A stretch of 62,902 nucleotides of DNA, from IMG/VR virus record IMGVR_UViG_3300034190_001790, positions 1-62,902 of that record. One strand, 5' to 3'. A program made the position numbers and the translations under genes. This document shows positions 51,524-59,699 of the stretch, piece by piece. This DNA is from a virus. Its lineage: Duplodnaviria; Caudoviricetes. How positions within the stretch are numbered: position 1 is the stretch's first letter; every line of letters starts with the position of its first letter. Below the pieces are notes generated by a model. The model was not told the DNA's origin, did no database searches, and worked only from the letters and a program-made list of their open reading frames with translations.

Positions 51524-52303
51524 TTACCAAATAGCTAAACAAGAGGTTCTAGCAGAAACTGAAGTCCCTGTTTCGAAAAGCTGTTTTACTTGAACAGGTA
51601 GGTATTCTCCAACTTTAAAGTTTTTAAATATCACCTCATTATCTCCGCAAGTTAAAACTCTTATGTCTACATATTGAGTAGCAAGTGTCATATCGGCATT
51701 AGCTGTGTTTGTACCAACATATAATAAACAACAATCAGCAGATTTCATTACAGTTGCACCGCCTTTTCCTCCAGCAACGTAAATTATATATGAATCATTA
51801 TAAGATGTTGTTGTTCCAAAAATATCAGTATCTAAAGATAACAAGCTTCCATTTACAAATTGAACTATAGCTTGAGCATTTGTTACAGTATTATAAACTA
51901 TGTCCCCACTGCTAACACCTAAAGTTTGAAAGTTTTGACTTGTATCAACTAAAACGCTTGATCTTAAAATTAAATAGTTTTCACCACCAGCAACGGCATT
52001 AAATATATTACTATTCATTGTAACAGAAGTTGCTACTGCACTTACAGCTACTGAATTTCCAGGATTACTTAAATTATAGACTAAATCTCCTGCTACAACT
52101 GGAAAAGGAGCTGTAGTGCTTACAAAGTTTGCAGAAGTATCAATTAATGTGTTTGTGTTTGCAGAAGTTGTTGTTCCGCTTGCAACGGGATCACCCGTTC
52201 CTGTTACTATTGAAACATTTGGTAAATTAGGTATGTGGTTAGTGTCACTAGCAAGAACGCCTGCTGATAACCCTGTGTTTACTACTATTTTTTGATATGC
52301 CAT
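51524..52303 (-). CDS. virion structural protein with internal beta repeats
   Basis: repeats LIDTSANF...VVAGDLVYN and LVDTSQNF...VSSGDIVYN; C-terminal GEYLPVQVKQ. Confidence 0.55.
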   Translation of the reverse strand: MAYQKIVVNTGLSAGVLASDTNHIPNLPNVSIVTGTGDPVASGTTTSANTNTLIDTSANFVSTTAPFPVVAGDLVYNLSNPGNSVAVSAVATSVTMNSNIFNAVAGGENYLILRSSVLVDTSQNFQTLGVSSGDIVYNTVTNAQAIVQFVNGSLLSLDTDIFGTTTSYNDSYIIYVAGGKGGATVMKSADCCLLYVGTNTANADMTLATQYVDIRVLTCGDNEVIFKNFKVGEYLPVQVKQLFETGTSVSARTSCLAIW

Positions 52304-52305
52304 TT

Positions 52306-52482
52306 TTATTTTCTTTTATAAGGAAACACTCTATTTAAAGTATCTCGTCTTTGTCCGCAACCACAATCTTCCATTCCAGCTGCTTTTGCCATTTTATCTG
52401 CAACCCTATCTAATCCAGTTGCCTTAGTTACTTTTGCTATTGTGTCGCCTAATCCTTTAGACGGTCTGTTTACATTTTGCAT
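52306..52482 (-). CDS. small hypothetical protein with DCGC motif
   Basis: SKGLGDTIAKVTKATG...EDCGCGQRRDTLN; ATG 52482 preferred over TTG 52488. Confidence 0.7.
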   Translation of the reverse strand: MQNVNRPSKGLGDTIAKVTKATGLDRVADKMAKAAGMEDCGCGQRRDTLNRVFPYKRK

Positions 52483-52589
52483 GAACAAGTTTTGTTTGGA
52501 CAGTTGTCGACGTTAAAAGATAAAACTTTCATTAAGCCATTCCAACTGCATAGCAAATAGTAATACAAAGATATTAATTTTTCTTTCAT
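52470..52589 (-). CDS. small Cys-rich hypothetical protein (39 aa, not in ORF track)
   Basis: MKEKLISLYYYLLCSWNGLMKVLSFNVDNCPNKTCSCKM; A-rich leader. Confidence 0.45.
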   Translation of the reverse strand: MKEKLISLYYYLLCSWNGLMKVLSFNVDNCPNKTCSCKM

Positions 52590-52597
52590 TTATTTAG

Positions 52598-52816
52598 TTA
52601 TCTATTTCGATCTCTTGAGTTAACTGGTGTCGCAGGACGAGCAGTTACATATTGCACATGAGAATCTGGTTTTACCTCTTTAGGAGGCTCTACTTTTTTT
52701 GTTTTTCCAGGAACACCTGAAGTTTTTAAGGCAACCTTTTCTTCATATGTCATGTTTTTAGGAGCCTTTGGTTCTTTCTTTAATAAATTCTTTTTTGTAG
52801 TTTTTTTCTTTGCCAT
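52598..52816 (-). CDS. small basic protein
   Basis: 72 aa, Lys/Pro-rich. Confidence 0.7.
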   Translation of the reverse strand: MAKKKTTKKNLLKKEPKAPKNMTYEEKVALKTSGVPGKTKKVEPPKEVKPDSHVQYVTARPATPVNSRDRNR

Positions 52817-52831
52817 TATAATAAATTTTAA

Positions 52832-53032
52832 TTAAGACTTCATACTGCATCCAAAATTTTTAGCATAGTTTGCCATTTTTACTACAGACTCTGGATGTTT
52901 TTTTGTGTTTTTCATTACCGCATTTGCAGCACTACACGCATCGCTATAGCCATTACGTTTAGCCCAAGCCGTAAATTTACCTTCATTCCCTTTTTTTATT
53001 TCAGGAAATTTTTTCTTTGTTCTTCCAGCCAT
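52832..53032 (-). CDS. small basic protein
   Basis: 66 aa; IKKGNEGKFTAWAKR...KMANYAKNF. Confidence 0.75.
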   Translation of the reverse strand: MAGRTKKKFPEIKKGNEGKFTAWAKRNGYSDACSAANAVMKNTKKHPESVVKMANYAKNFGCSMKS

Positions 53033-53034
53033 TT

Positions 53035-53226
53035 TTATTTTAAATGATCGTGTCTTTTCCAGCTAGACGTATGTCTGTATGACATAGACTTGTCTGCTCC
53101 ATATGAATGACCATACATTTTTTTTGACATAGCTTTAGACTCATCTCTTCTGTCTTTATAAGACTGAGATTTTTTTCCATTACGAGCTCCTAATGACTCG
53201 TCTAATCGTGAATTATATCCTTGCAT
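53035..53226 (-). CDS. small basic protein
   Basis: 63 aa; QGYNSRLDESLG...KDRRDESKAM. Confidence 0.75.
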   Translation of the reverse strand: MQGYNSRLDESLGARNGKKSQSYKDRRDESKAMSKKMYGHSYGADKSMSYRHTSSWKRHDHLK

Positions 53227-53245
53227 TTTTTTTTGTTTTTTATAA

Positions 53246-53419
53246 TTAATACATTTTTCTACCCATCTTCACTTCACTGTGATATCCTGGGTTTCCTTTC
53301 TTGCTCCCTCCGCTTTCCTTTGCAAATTGTCCAGCTTGTGCTTTTCCAACTGCGTTGTAAGGAAATTGTTTTTTCATCGTTTTACCCGTATCTGGGCATT
53401 TATATTTTACTGTTGGCAT
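53246..53419 (-). CDS. small basic protein (57 aa, not in ORF track)
   Basis: MPTVKYKCPDTGKTMKKQFPYNAVGKAQA...; fills the gap on the coding strand. Confidence 0.7.
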   Translation of the reverse strand: MPTVKYKCPDTGKTMKKQFPYNAVGKAQAGQFAKESGGSKKGNPGYHSEVKMGRKMY

Positions 53420-53420
53420 A

Positions 53421-53738
53421 TTAATGATTCTTTTTTAAATTACCTTTACTATCATAATCTTTTGGTCTGTACTTTCTTCTTACCTTATCTACTTTTTTTC
53501 TATACTTTTCACGGTCTAATTTCTTCTTATACTTGTATTCGTCTATAAAAAACTTACCTACCGCTTTATTTCTTCTTATAACCTCTTTTACTACTGCTTT
53601 AGCTTTTTTAGGAACATCTTTAACTTTAGTGTTTCCTATTTTTTTTCCAATACCTTTTATTCTATCAATATCTTTATTGCTAAAACCTATAGCATTATAT
53701 ATGCTTTTTTTACTTTTTTTCTTTTTAGGATCTGGCAT
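53421..53738 (-). CDS. Lys/Arg-rich small protein
   Basis: 105 aa, TAATG-coupled to the upstream gene. Confidence 0.7.
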   Translation of the reverse strand: MPDPKKKKSKKSIYNAIGFSNKDIDRIKGIGKKIGNTKVKDVPKKAKAVVKEVIRRNKAVGKFFIDEYKYKKKLDREKYRKKVDKVRRKYRPKDYDSKGNLKKNH

Positions 53739-54298
53739 TATAATCTTTTTCTATTAGGATTCTTTTTCCTATTTCTCATTTTATTCTTCAGCGTTCTTAC
53801 TTTTGATTTTATACCTCTTACTACACTTCCACCTACAGCACCTGCCATTGCTCCTGCTGCTGCTAACGCTCCTGTTTTTGCAGCAGCACCTACAAGTAGT
53901 GGGTTTGCTGCTACTGCCATTCCAGCTCCTGCCAGTTTCGCTGCACCTTTAACTGCTTTACCTACAGCTTTTTTTCTTTTTCTATTTCTTTCTTTACGAG
54001 TGGTTGTCGTTGTTTCTTTTAGTTTCTTACCAAATAAAGTCTTTTTAAATTTTTCTTTAGTAATGGTAGCACCCTTTACTCCCTTTTTATATTCTTTGGT
54101 TTTTTTAAGGCCGCTTTTTTTGATCTTAGTAGTTTTGTATGCTTTTTTCTTTCCAGCCTTAAACTCTTTAACTTTTTTTACAGAACCGTCTCTTCTTTTT
54201 TTAACAATTGTTCTAGTTCCGTCAGAACTTGTAGTATATGTTTTTTTTACAGATCCGTCTTTTCTTTTTTTTGTAGCTCTGATTTTTACTTCTGGCAT
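53738..54298 (-). CDS. extremely Lys-rich protein with a Gly/Ala hydrophobic segment
   Basis: 186 aa; repeat KKR(K/R)DGSVKK; -7 box at 54317-54324. Confidence 0.7.
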   Translation of the reverse strand: MPEVKIRATKKRKDGSVKKTYTTSSDGTRTIVKKRRDGSVKKVKEFKAGKKKAYKTTKIKKSGLKKTKEYKKGVKGATITKEKFKKTLFGKKLKETTTTTRKERNRKRKKAVGKAVKGAAKLAGAGMAVAANPLLVGAAAKTGALAAAGAMAGAVGGSVVRGIKSKVRTLKNKMRNRKKNPNRKRL

Positions 54299-54352
54299 AA
54301 TTTTTTTTTTATTTTACAAATATAATAATTAATTTATTAGCGTCTCCAGCTG

Positions 54353-54607
54353 TTATCGTCTTGATTTCTTACCTACACACTTCCATCTTTTACGAGATAA
54401 GTTGTTAGGTGAATTAGGATCATTTCTTTTTCCTATAGGTAATCCCATTTTTATTCCATAGCTTCTAGCACAATATGAATCACCTTTAGATGTGCCAGGT
54501 CTTACTCTTGGGCCTCCGCCTTTCGCCTTACCAGCTTGCCCATAACTAACCTTCTTACCACTTGCGGTGATTTTTACTTTTGCTTTTCCTTTTCTTGGTT
54601 TTGCCAT
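54353..54607 (-). CDS. conserved-looking basic phage protein
   Basis: GKKVSYGQAG...DSYCARS...NSPNNLSRKRWKC. Confidence 0.75.
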   Translation of the reverse strand: MAKPRKGKAKVKITASGKKVSYGQAGKAKGGGPRVRPGTSKGDSYCARSYGIKMGLPIGKRNDPNSPNNLSRKRWKCVGKKSRR

Positions 54608-54846
54608 TATGATCTTACTTTTGCTGCTTTTGTATTACTAACCACTGTCTTTCCTTTTGCTCCTTCTTTTTTCTTTTTACGAGCAGTAGATGCTAATTGC
54701 CTTTTAGACAATCTCTCTGCCTTTGCCCTAGGTAAACATCTGTCTGGATTCTTTTTATCTTTAGAAGTACCGCACTTGCCCTTGATCTTACCATCAGAAC
54801 CAATACGAACCCAGTCTTGTTTTACCCAATTTTTAAGTGCACCCAT
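54607..54846 (-). CDS. conserved-looking basic phage protein
   Basis: LKNWVKQDWVRI...KCG...RCLP. Confidence 0.75.
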   Translation of the reverse strand: MGALKNWVKQDWVRIGSDGKIKGKCGTSKDKKNPDRCLPRAKAERLSKRQLASTARKKKKEGAKGKTVVSNTKAAKVRS

Positions 54847-55010
54847 TATTTCTTTTTTGAACCTTTGGCGTAGTTAGGGTCTTTGCAATATTTACTTGCA
54901 GCCATGTTTGCATAAGCACTTGGATAAGTATCAAATGTTCTTTTTGCCCAAGCTATACCTGCTGCACAAATTTTATTGCCCTTACTTTTTGTTCTACCTT
55001 TTTTGGCCAT
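54846..55010 (-). CDS. small basic protein (54 aa, not in ORF track)
   Basis: MAKKGRTKSKGNKICAAGIAWAKRTFDTYPSAYANMAASKYCK...; TAATG-coupled to the next gene. Confidence 0.75.
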   Translation of the reverse strand: MAKKGRTKSKGNKICAAGIAWAKRTFDTYPSAYANMAASKYCKDPNYAKGSKKK

Positions 55011-55014
55011 GGTC

Positions 55015-55431
55015 TTACCTTGTTCTTCTTATTGTTCTTTTTACCTGCTTTAATCTTGGTTTCGTTTTGTTTAATTTTCTTCGCTCTAGCATCCTTCTTT
55101 GATACTCAGTCATTTCACCCCTTGGTGTTTTTTTTCTTTTAGCTATAAAATCTTCTTCCATCTTACTCATTTTATCTTTCATTCTTCGTTTAGCCAAACG
55201 ATTTGCTGCTTCTGCTGCTTTAGATGGTTTAGCATTTTTACGATTTGCCTGTGCTGTAGGATTAGCGTTGATTTTCTTTTGAGTTTTTTTATACTTAGCT
55301 TCTTGAATCTTAGTTCTTATTTTTCTTAAAGGAACCGTTTTTTTTGTTTTAAGTTTTTTAATTTTTTGTTCAGTCTTGCTTCTTTTAGTAACAAGTTTTT
55401 TTAATTTTTCTGCGGAAGTTTTTTTTGCCAT
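55015..55431 (-). CDS. Lys/Arg-rich helical protein
   Basis: 138 aa; -7 box TATCTTTG at 55452-55459. Confidence 0.7.
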   Translation of the reverse strand: MAKKTSAEKLKKLVTKRSKTEQKIKKLKTKKTVPLRKIRTKIQEAKYKKTQKKINANPTAQANRKNAKPSKAAEAANRLAKRRMKDKMSKMEEDFIAKRKKTPRGEMTEYQRRMLERRKLNKTKPRLKQVKRTIRRTR

Positions 55432-55460
55432 AATTAATTTTTTTATTTAAACAAAGATAA

Positions 55461-55886
55461 TTATAATTTTATATTATTTTGCAGCCACTTAAACGCCTTA
55501 CTAACTAAAGTGTTTTCTTTTTTCTTTTGTATTGCCCTACAGTTTACACACAGAGAGTCGCTAATAGTAATCCTTACACTGTCTACTATTTCCTTTACAA
55601 CTATCTTGTAATCAAACACTAAGCTATCTTCGCTTATAAGTTTTAGGTTGTTTAACTCATAAATACTATCTGTATATTTTTTTTCTATTTCTTTTATGTC
55701 TCTTTTTTTACGCCAAAGATCTTGTTCGAGCAAAACTTTTTGTTTCTTCTGTTTGTTAACTTGTTGTATGGTAGCGTCAGCTAGACTATCTATATTAATA
55801 GTAGACTCTTCAACCTCTATAATTTGTTTATCTGGTTGCGTACAAGACATAAGTCCAACTAAAACTATAATTAAAAGCCTATTCAT
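55461..55886 (-). CDS. lipoprotein (possible outer-membrane spanin)
   Basis: start ATG 55886 gives MNRLLIIVLVGLMS-C, a lipobox signal, followed by a coiled coil. Confidence 0.6.
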   Translation of the reverse strand: MNRLLIIVLVGLMSCTQPDKQIIEVEESTINIDSLADATIQQVNKQKKQKVLLEQDLWRKKRDIKEIEKKYTDSIYELNNLKLISEDSLVFDYKIVVKEIVDSVRITISDSLCVNCRAIQKKKENTLVSKAFKWLQNNIKL

Positions 55887-56094
55887 TGATTTCTTGTAGG
55901 GTTTGTATAAATTTATCGTTAAGTTTCTTGTAATCACTGCGTAAAATTATAACTTCCTCTTGTAATGCTTTGATTTGATTAGTAAGTGTAGTTTTATTGT
56001 CTATATATAGGTAGCCTATTGCTATTAAACAAAAAAATAGCACACCAACAATAGGATTCGCTGCAAAATCTTTAAAGTCTATGGGAGATTTCAT
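55879..56094 (-). CDS. TM + coiled-coil protein (possible inner-membrane spanin)
   Basis: single TM (IVGVLFFCLIAIGYLYI) followed by heptads; overlaps the lipoprotein gene. Confidence 0.55.
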   Translation of the reverse strand: MKSPIDFKDFAANPIVGVLFFCLIAIGYLYIDNKTTLTNQIKALQEEVIILRSDYKKLNDKFIQTLQEINE

Positions 56095-56294
56095 TCTATT
56101 ATTAAAGTATCTCCGTTTTCTTGCATACTTTCTCCTACTTGCTCGTCTGTAAACACATATGAAGTGTCACTATCTACCATGTCTACAAACAAGTCTTCTT
56201 CTAAAGTAAATATTTGATACTCATCCTCACCATTAGGTATCATATACCTTCTTACATAGTCATAATACTCTTTAGATCCTTTTACTATTTCCAT
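56091..56294 (-). CDS. small acidic hypothetical protein
   Basis: 67 aa; -7 box at 56309-56316. Confidence 0.65.
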   Translation of the reverse strand: MEIVKGSKEYYDYVRRYMIPNGEDEYQIFTLEEDLFVDMVDSDTSYVFTDEQVGESMQENGDTLIIE

Positions 56295-56329
56295 TTTTTG
56301 TATTTTTACAAAGATATAAATTTAATTAA

Positions 56330-56770
56330 ATGCTAAATACAGATAATAACTACCTTAAATACTGGAGGGTAGTGAGATTTTGGGTAAAAGCCAAACACAA
56401 TCTAAGTACGCCTGAGCTAGAAATGCTGCTATTTTTATATAGTGAAGAGTATTTTAATAAAACAAAGTTTCGTGAGTTTGAAGAGTTGATGTCTTGGGAT
56501 GTTAACAGGTTTGATAGCCTATTAAAAAATGGGTGGATTAAGGTGTGGAGAAAAAAATCAGGCAAGTATGCTACTCTATACGAGCTTTCCTACAAAGGGA
56601 AGCGAGTCGTTGCAACAATTTACAAAAAGTTAAGTGGTGAAGAGATAGCTGAGTCAGCAAATGTCAATCCTTTATTTAGGTTTGATGCTACATATATGCA
56701 AAAAATTTATCGTAACTCTATAAAGAAAATGAACGACTTTATAAAACAACAACGACATCTCTCTCAGTAA
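56330..56770 (+). CDS. MarR-like winged-helix DNA-binding protein
   Basis: LSTPELEMLLFLY ... LLKNGWIKVWR ... LYELSYKGK wing pattern; lone + strand gene in the - arm. Confidence 0.65.
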   Translation: MLNTDNNYLKYWRVVRFWVKAKHNLSTPELEMLLFLYSEEYFNKTKFREFEELMSWDVNRFDSLLKNGWIKVWRKKSGKYATLYELSYKGKRVVATIYKKLSGEEIAESANVNPLFRFDATYMQKIYRNSIKKMNDFIKQQRHLSQ

Positions 56771-56996
56771 TAACAGTATAAGTAACATCATTGAGAAGCA
56801 GGCTAAAGCCAGCAGACTTATCATAATAGATGATGTCTTGTTCTGAGATTTCATTTACATTTGTTCCAGGCTTTACAACCTTTCCTTTTTTATATCTAAA
56901 CTCATTAGCATCAGTTGCTGTTAGTAAAAGTCCAGACTTTGTTTTTAATTGTTCTTCAATTGCTTGTATAATAATATACTTTCCTATTGGTTTCAT
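56739..56996 (-). CDS. groES: co-chaperonin GroES (Cpn10)
   Basis: MKPIGKYIII ... KTKSGLLLT mobile loop ... GKVVKPG ... VITERDVVVVL. Confidence 0.85.
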   Translation of the reverse strand: MKPIGKYIIIQAIEEQLKTKSGLLLTATDANEFRYKKGKVVKPGTNVNEISEQDIIYYDKSAGFSLLLNDVTYTVITERDVVVVL

Positions 56997-57250
56997 TTAA
57001 ATGTTTTTATAAATAAAGGTGTTTTATCTCCTATGTAACAACCTACAGTATTGTAATAAAAATACTCTACAGCGTCTTCCTGACTCATCTTATCGTTATC
57101 CATTAAAGATTTAATACAAAGCTCGGTGTCGTAAACAGCTACAGGATTAGGCCCATCAGATATACCTATCAATGCACTTTCATATCCATCAGCTAAAAGA
57201 CAATCATTGCTTGCTAGCTCTTCCATTAATATTTCTTTATCTAAATACAT
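56993..57250 (-). CDS. conserved-looking phage hypothetical protein
   Basis: ADGYESALIG...AVYD...EDAVEYFYYN..G.YIGDKTP. Confidence 0.75.
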   Translation of the reverse strand: MYLDKEILMEELASNDCLLADGYESALIGISDGPNPVAVYDTELCIKSLMDNDKMSQEDAVEYFYYNTVGCYIGDKTPLFIKTFK

Positions 57251-57420
57251 TAGCCTTTAAATATAGCAAAAATTTTTGCTTTTTTAGAATGAGAGTTTAT
57301 TTTTCCTTTAATAGTTCTAGTGGGCACCTCACAAATTAATTCTTTACGAACCGTCTCTTCTTTCACCTGAGCCGAAGGCTCAAATTTTGGATTTTTAGAT
57401 CCTAGCTTTCTTTTCTTCAT
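57250..57420 (-). CDS. small basic protein (56 aa, not in ORF track)
   Basis: MKKRKLGSKNPKFEPSAQVKEETVRKELICEVPT...; TAATG-coupled. Confidence 0.6.
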   Translation of the reverse strand: MKKRKLGSKNPKFEPSAQVKEETVRKELICEVPTRTIKGKINSHSKKAKIFAIFKG

Positions 57421-57485
57421 ACTTTTTTAAATTATCTATTAAATTGTTATTTTCTTTTTTTATTCCTAAAAGAATTAAAATATAC

Positions 57486-59102
57486 TTAATCATCACTTTG
57501 TCCTTGTCTTTTGTGGGTGATAATAGCATTGGTACTTAATATTGTTGTGGCTACACTTACAGCATTAAGCAAAGCGTTTTTGGTAACCTTTAATGGATCA
57601 ATAATTCCCAACTTAAACATATCGCCATACTTTTCGTTCTTTACATCAAACCCATAATTATATTTATTAGTATACACATGCTCCATAATCCATGCTACAT
57701 CAATGTCAGCATTTTTACATATTTGATTTATTGGAGCTTGTAAGGCTGAAGCTAATATGAGTCTAGCAATATTTGCATTCTCCTTGTTGTCCATAGTCGA
57801 TTTGTTTAACAAGGCTATTGACTCTCTAAGTAATGACAGTCCTCCACCAGCAATTATTCCTTCATCAAGTGCTGACCTTACTGCACACACAGAGTCATCT
57901 ACTCTATCATACAATTCTTTTTGTTCTACATCAGAATTACCTCCTACATATATACAACCTATTGCTCCTGCTAAACTAGCTATACGCTCATTAATAAAAT
58001 CACGCTCATGCTTTATTGTTGTATTCTCTTGTTGTATCTTTAACTCATCAATACGTTTTTGTGTTTCTTCTGGTTTTTCGTCAGTCTTAAATATTATTGT
58101 ACTTTCATTATTACTAACAATTTTGTCAGCATAGCCTAAGTCTTCCATTCTAATTAAACTAAGATCATCACCAGTTTTCTCACTAAAGAACTTTGCGTTA
58201 ACGGCAAATGCTATATCGCTCATAAGCTCAGTTGACTTGTATCCAAAATTAGGTGGTATTATATTACAGAACTTTAATCCATTACGAACAACATTAGCAG
58301 CTAAAGTATTTATAACATTGCCATGACATGGGCCTATAATTAAAAGCTTGTCATTATTTTGTATAATAGGTTTTAATACATTCTCTATTTGCAACACACT
58401 ACTTATCTCTGCATCACAAACTAATATCTTAACTCCTTCTAAAACACACTCGTCTTTCTTTTGGTTATTAATAAACATATTGGAAGTGTATCCCCTAGCT
58501 ACTTTAATACCGTTTGTAACCTCAGCGTATGTTTCTGATGTCATAGAGTTCTCCACTGTAACAATACCGTTAACGCCTACTTGAGTATAGGCGTCAGCTA
58601 TTATCTTTCCAATTTCCTTATCATTGTTTGCAGATATACAAGCAACATCTAATAGTCTAGACTCATTTACCTTTTTAGACTTAACTGTTAAGTTATGTAT
58701 TATTTTTTCTATACACTTATTTATACATCTTATTATTTCAGCTACATTACTTCCCTTCTCAATATACTCTTGTCCTGCCTTTACTATAGCTTCAGTTAAA
58801 ACAATAGCAGTTGTTGTACCATCACCAGCTGTGTTAGCTGTACGACCAGCTGCATCCTTCATCATTTGTATGGCTAAGTTTTCTATAGGGTCATCTAAGA
58901 ATACAGACTGTGCTACAGTAACTCCGTCTTTAGTTATAGTAATCCCTTGTAAATGATCGGCAGATTCTATAAGCACAGTTTTACCTAAAGGGCCTAATGT
59001 GCTCTTTACGGCTTTTGAAATTTTTGTTATTCCTTGAATTAATTTGTGGCGAGCTTCATCGTCAAACGACAAGTCCTTTGGTATGTATCCCTGAGATTTC
59101 AT
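57486..59102 (-). CDS. groEL: chaperonin GroEL (Cpn60)
   Basis: STLGPLG, ITKDGVTVA, AGDGTTTA, IIAGGG, GIIDPLKVTK; no GGM tail; -7 box at 59129-59136. Confidence 0.95.
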   Translation of the reverse strand: MKSQGYIPKDLSFDDEARHKLIQGITKISKAVKSTLGPLGKTVLIESADHLQGITITKDGVTVAQSVFLDDPIENLAIQMMKDAAGRTANTAGDGTTTAIVLTEAIVKAGQEYIEKGSNVAEIIRCINKCIEKIIHNLTVKSKKVNESRLLDVACISANNDKEIGKIIADAYTQVGVNGIVTVENSMTSETYAEVTNGIKVARGYTSNMFINNQKKDECVLEGVKILVCDAEISSVLQIENVLKPIIQNNDKLLIIGPCHGNVINTLAANVVRNGLKFCNIIPPNFGYKSTELMSDIAFAVNAKFFSEKTGDDLSLIRMEDLGYADKIVSNNESTIIFKTDEKPEETQKRIDELKIQQENTTIKHERDFINERIASLAGAIGCIYVGGNSDVEQKELYDRVDDSVCAVRSALDEGIIAGGGLSLLRESIALLNKSTMDNKENANIARLILASALQAPINQICKNADIDVAWIMEHVYTNKYNYGFDVKNEKYGDMFKLGIIDPLKVTKNALLNAVSVATTILSTNAIITHKRQGQSDD

Positions 59103-59125
59103 AAAAGTAAATTTAATTTAATTAA

Positions 59126-59369
59126 TGACAAATATAACAATAATTATTATATGACAAGTGGCAGAGTTAAATTTAGTTTTTAGGCTTTTATAACAATTTT
59201 ATTTTTTCTTTTTTTTATTTTATTTTATTTTGACTACTAAAAGTCTGTCATAAAAATATAATATAAATATAAATAGCTGATAATAAATAAGTTATAGTAA
59301 ATTATATAAACAAAAAGGTCTGGCAAAAGTCTGTCATAAGTCTGTCATTAACTGTCATTTACTTGTCAT
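59126..59369. repeat. iteron-like TGTCA(T) array around an AT-rich core (candidate replication origin)
   Basis: TG(T/G)CA at 59321, 59332, 59343, 59353, 59364 (10-11 bp spacing) and 59246; inverted TGACA at 59126 and 59152; IHF-consensus match at 59270-59282. Confidence 0.6.
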
Positions 59370-59373
59370 ATAC

Positions 59374-59404
59374 AAAAAAAAAGAGAAAACTATATGTCTT
59401 CTCT
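59374..59404 (-). terminator. intrinsic terminator
   Basis: on -: AGAGAAGAC-ATATA-GTTTTCTCT followed by a T-run. Confidence 0.7.
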
Positions 59405-59437
59405 CTTTCACTACTAATCAAACTAAACGGGATCTCT

Positions 59438-59653
59438 TTAATACTCGTATATATCTCTGTCATTATTCATTCGCATCTTAGCTCTCTCAATACCATCAGC
59501 TATACAATCTATTTTGTATTGCTTTTTCATTTGCTTTCTATACATTGATGCTTGCTCAATTCCTGTAACGCCGTCAGGGCGTCCATTAATTAACCTTCCG
59601 TCCTTAACGTATAGGCCATTTACATAATCTGAAGTGTTACTGTTGTATTCCAT
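59438..59653 (-). CDS. hypothetical protein, first gene of the - arm
   Basis: ATG 59653 (MEYNSNTSDYVNGLYVKDGRLING...); TATCTTTA -7 variant upstream, terminator downstream. Confidence 0.65.
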   Translation of the reverse strand: MEYNSNTSDYVNGLYVKDGRLINGRPDGVTGIEQASMYRKQMKKQYKIDCIADGIERAKMRMNNDRDIYEY

Positions 59654-59699
59654 GACTTTTTTTTGTAAAGATAATAAAAATATATTACACATTTAGAGG

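Noticed and set aside
11584-58956. Many + strand ORFs antisense to structural genes (e.g. 11863-12270, 27390-27848, 48459-49076, 57757-58134)
   Set aside because: Shadow frames of long - strand genes with no independent motifs or leaders
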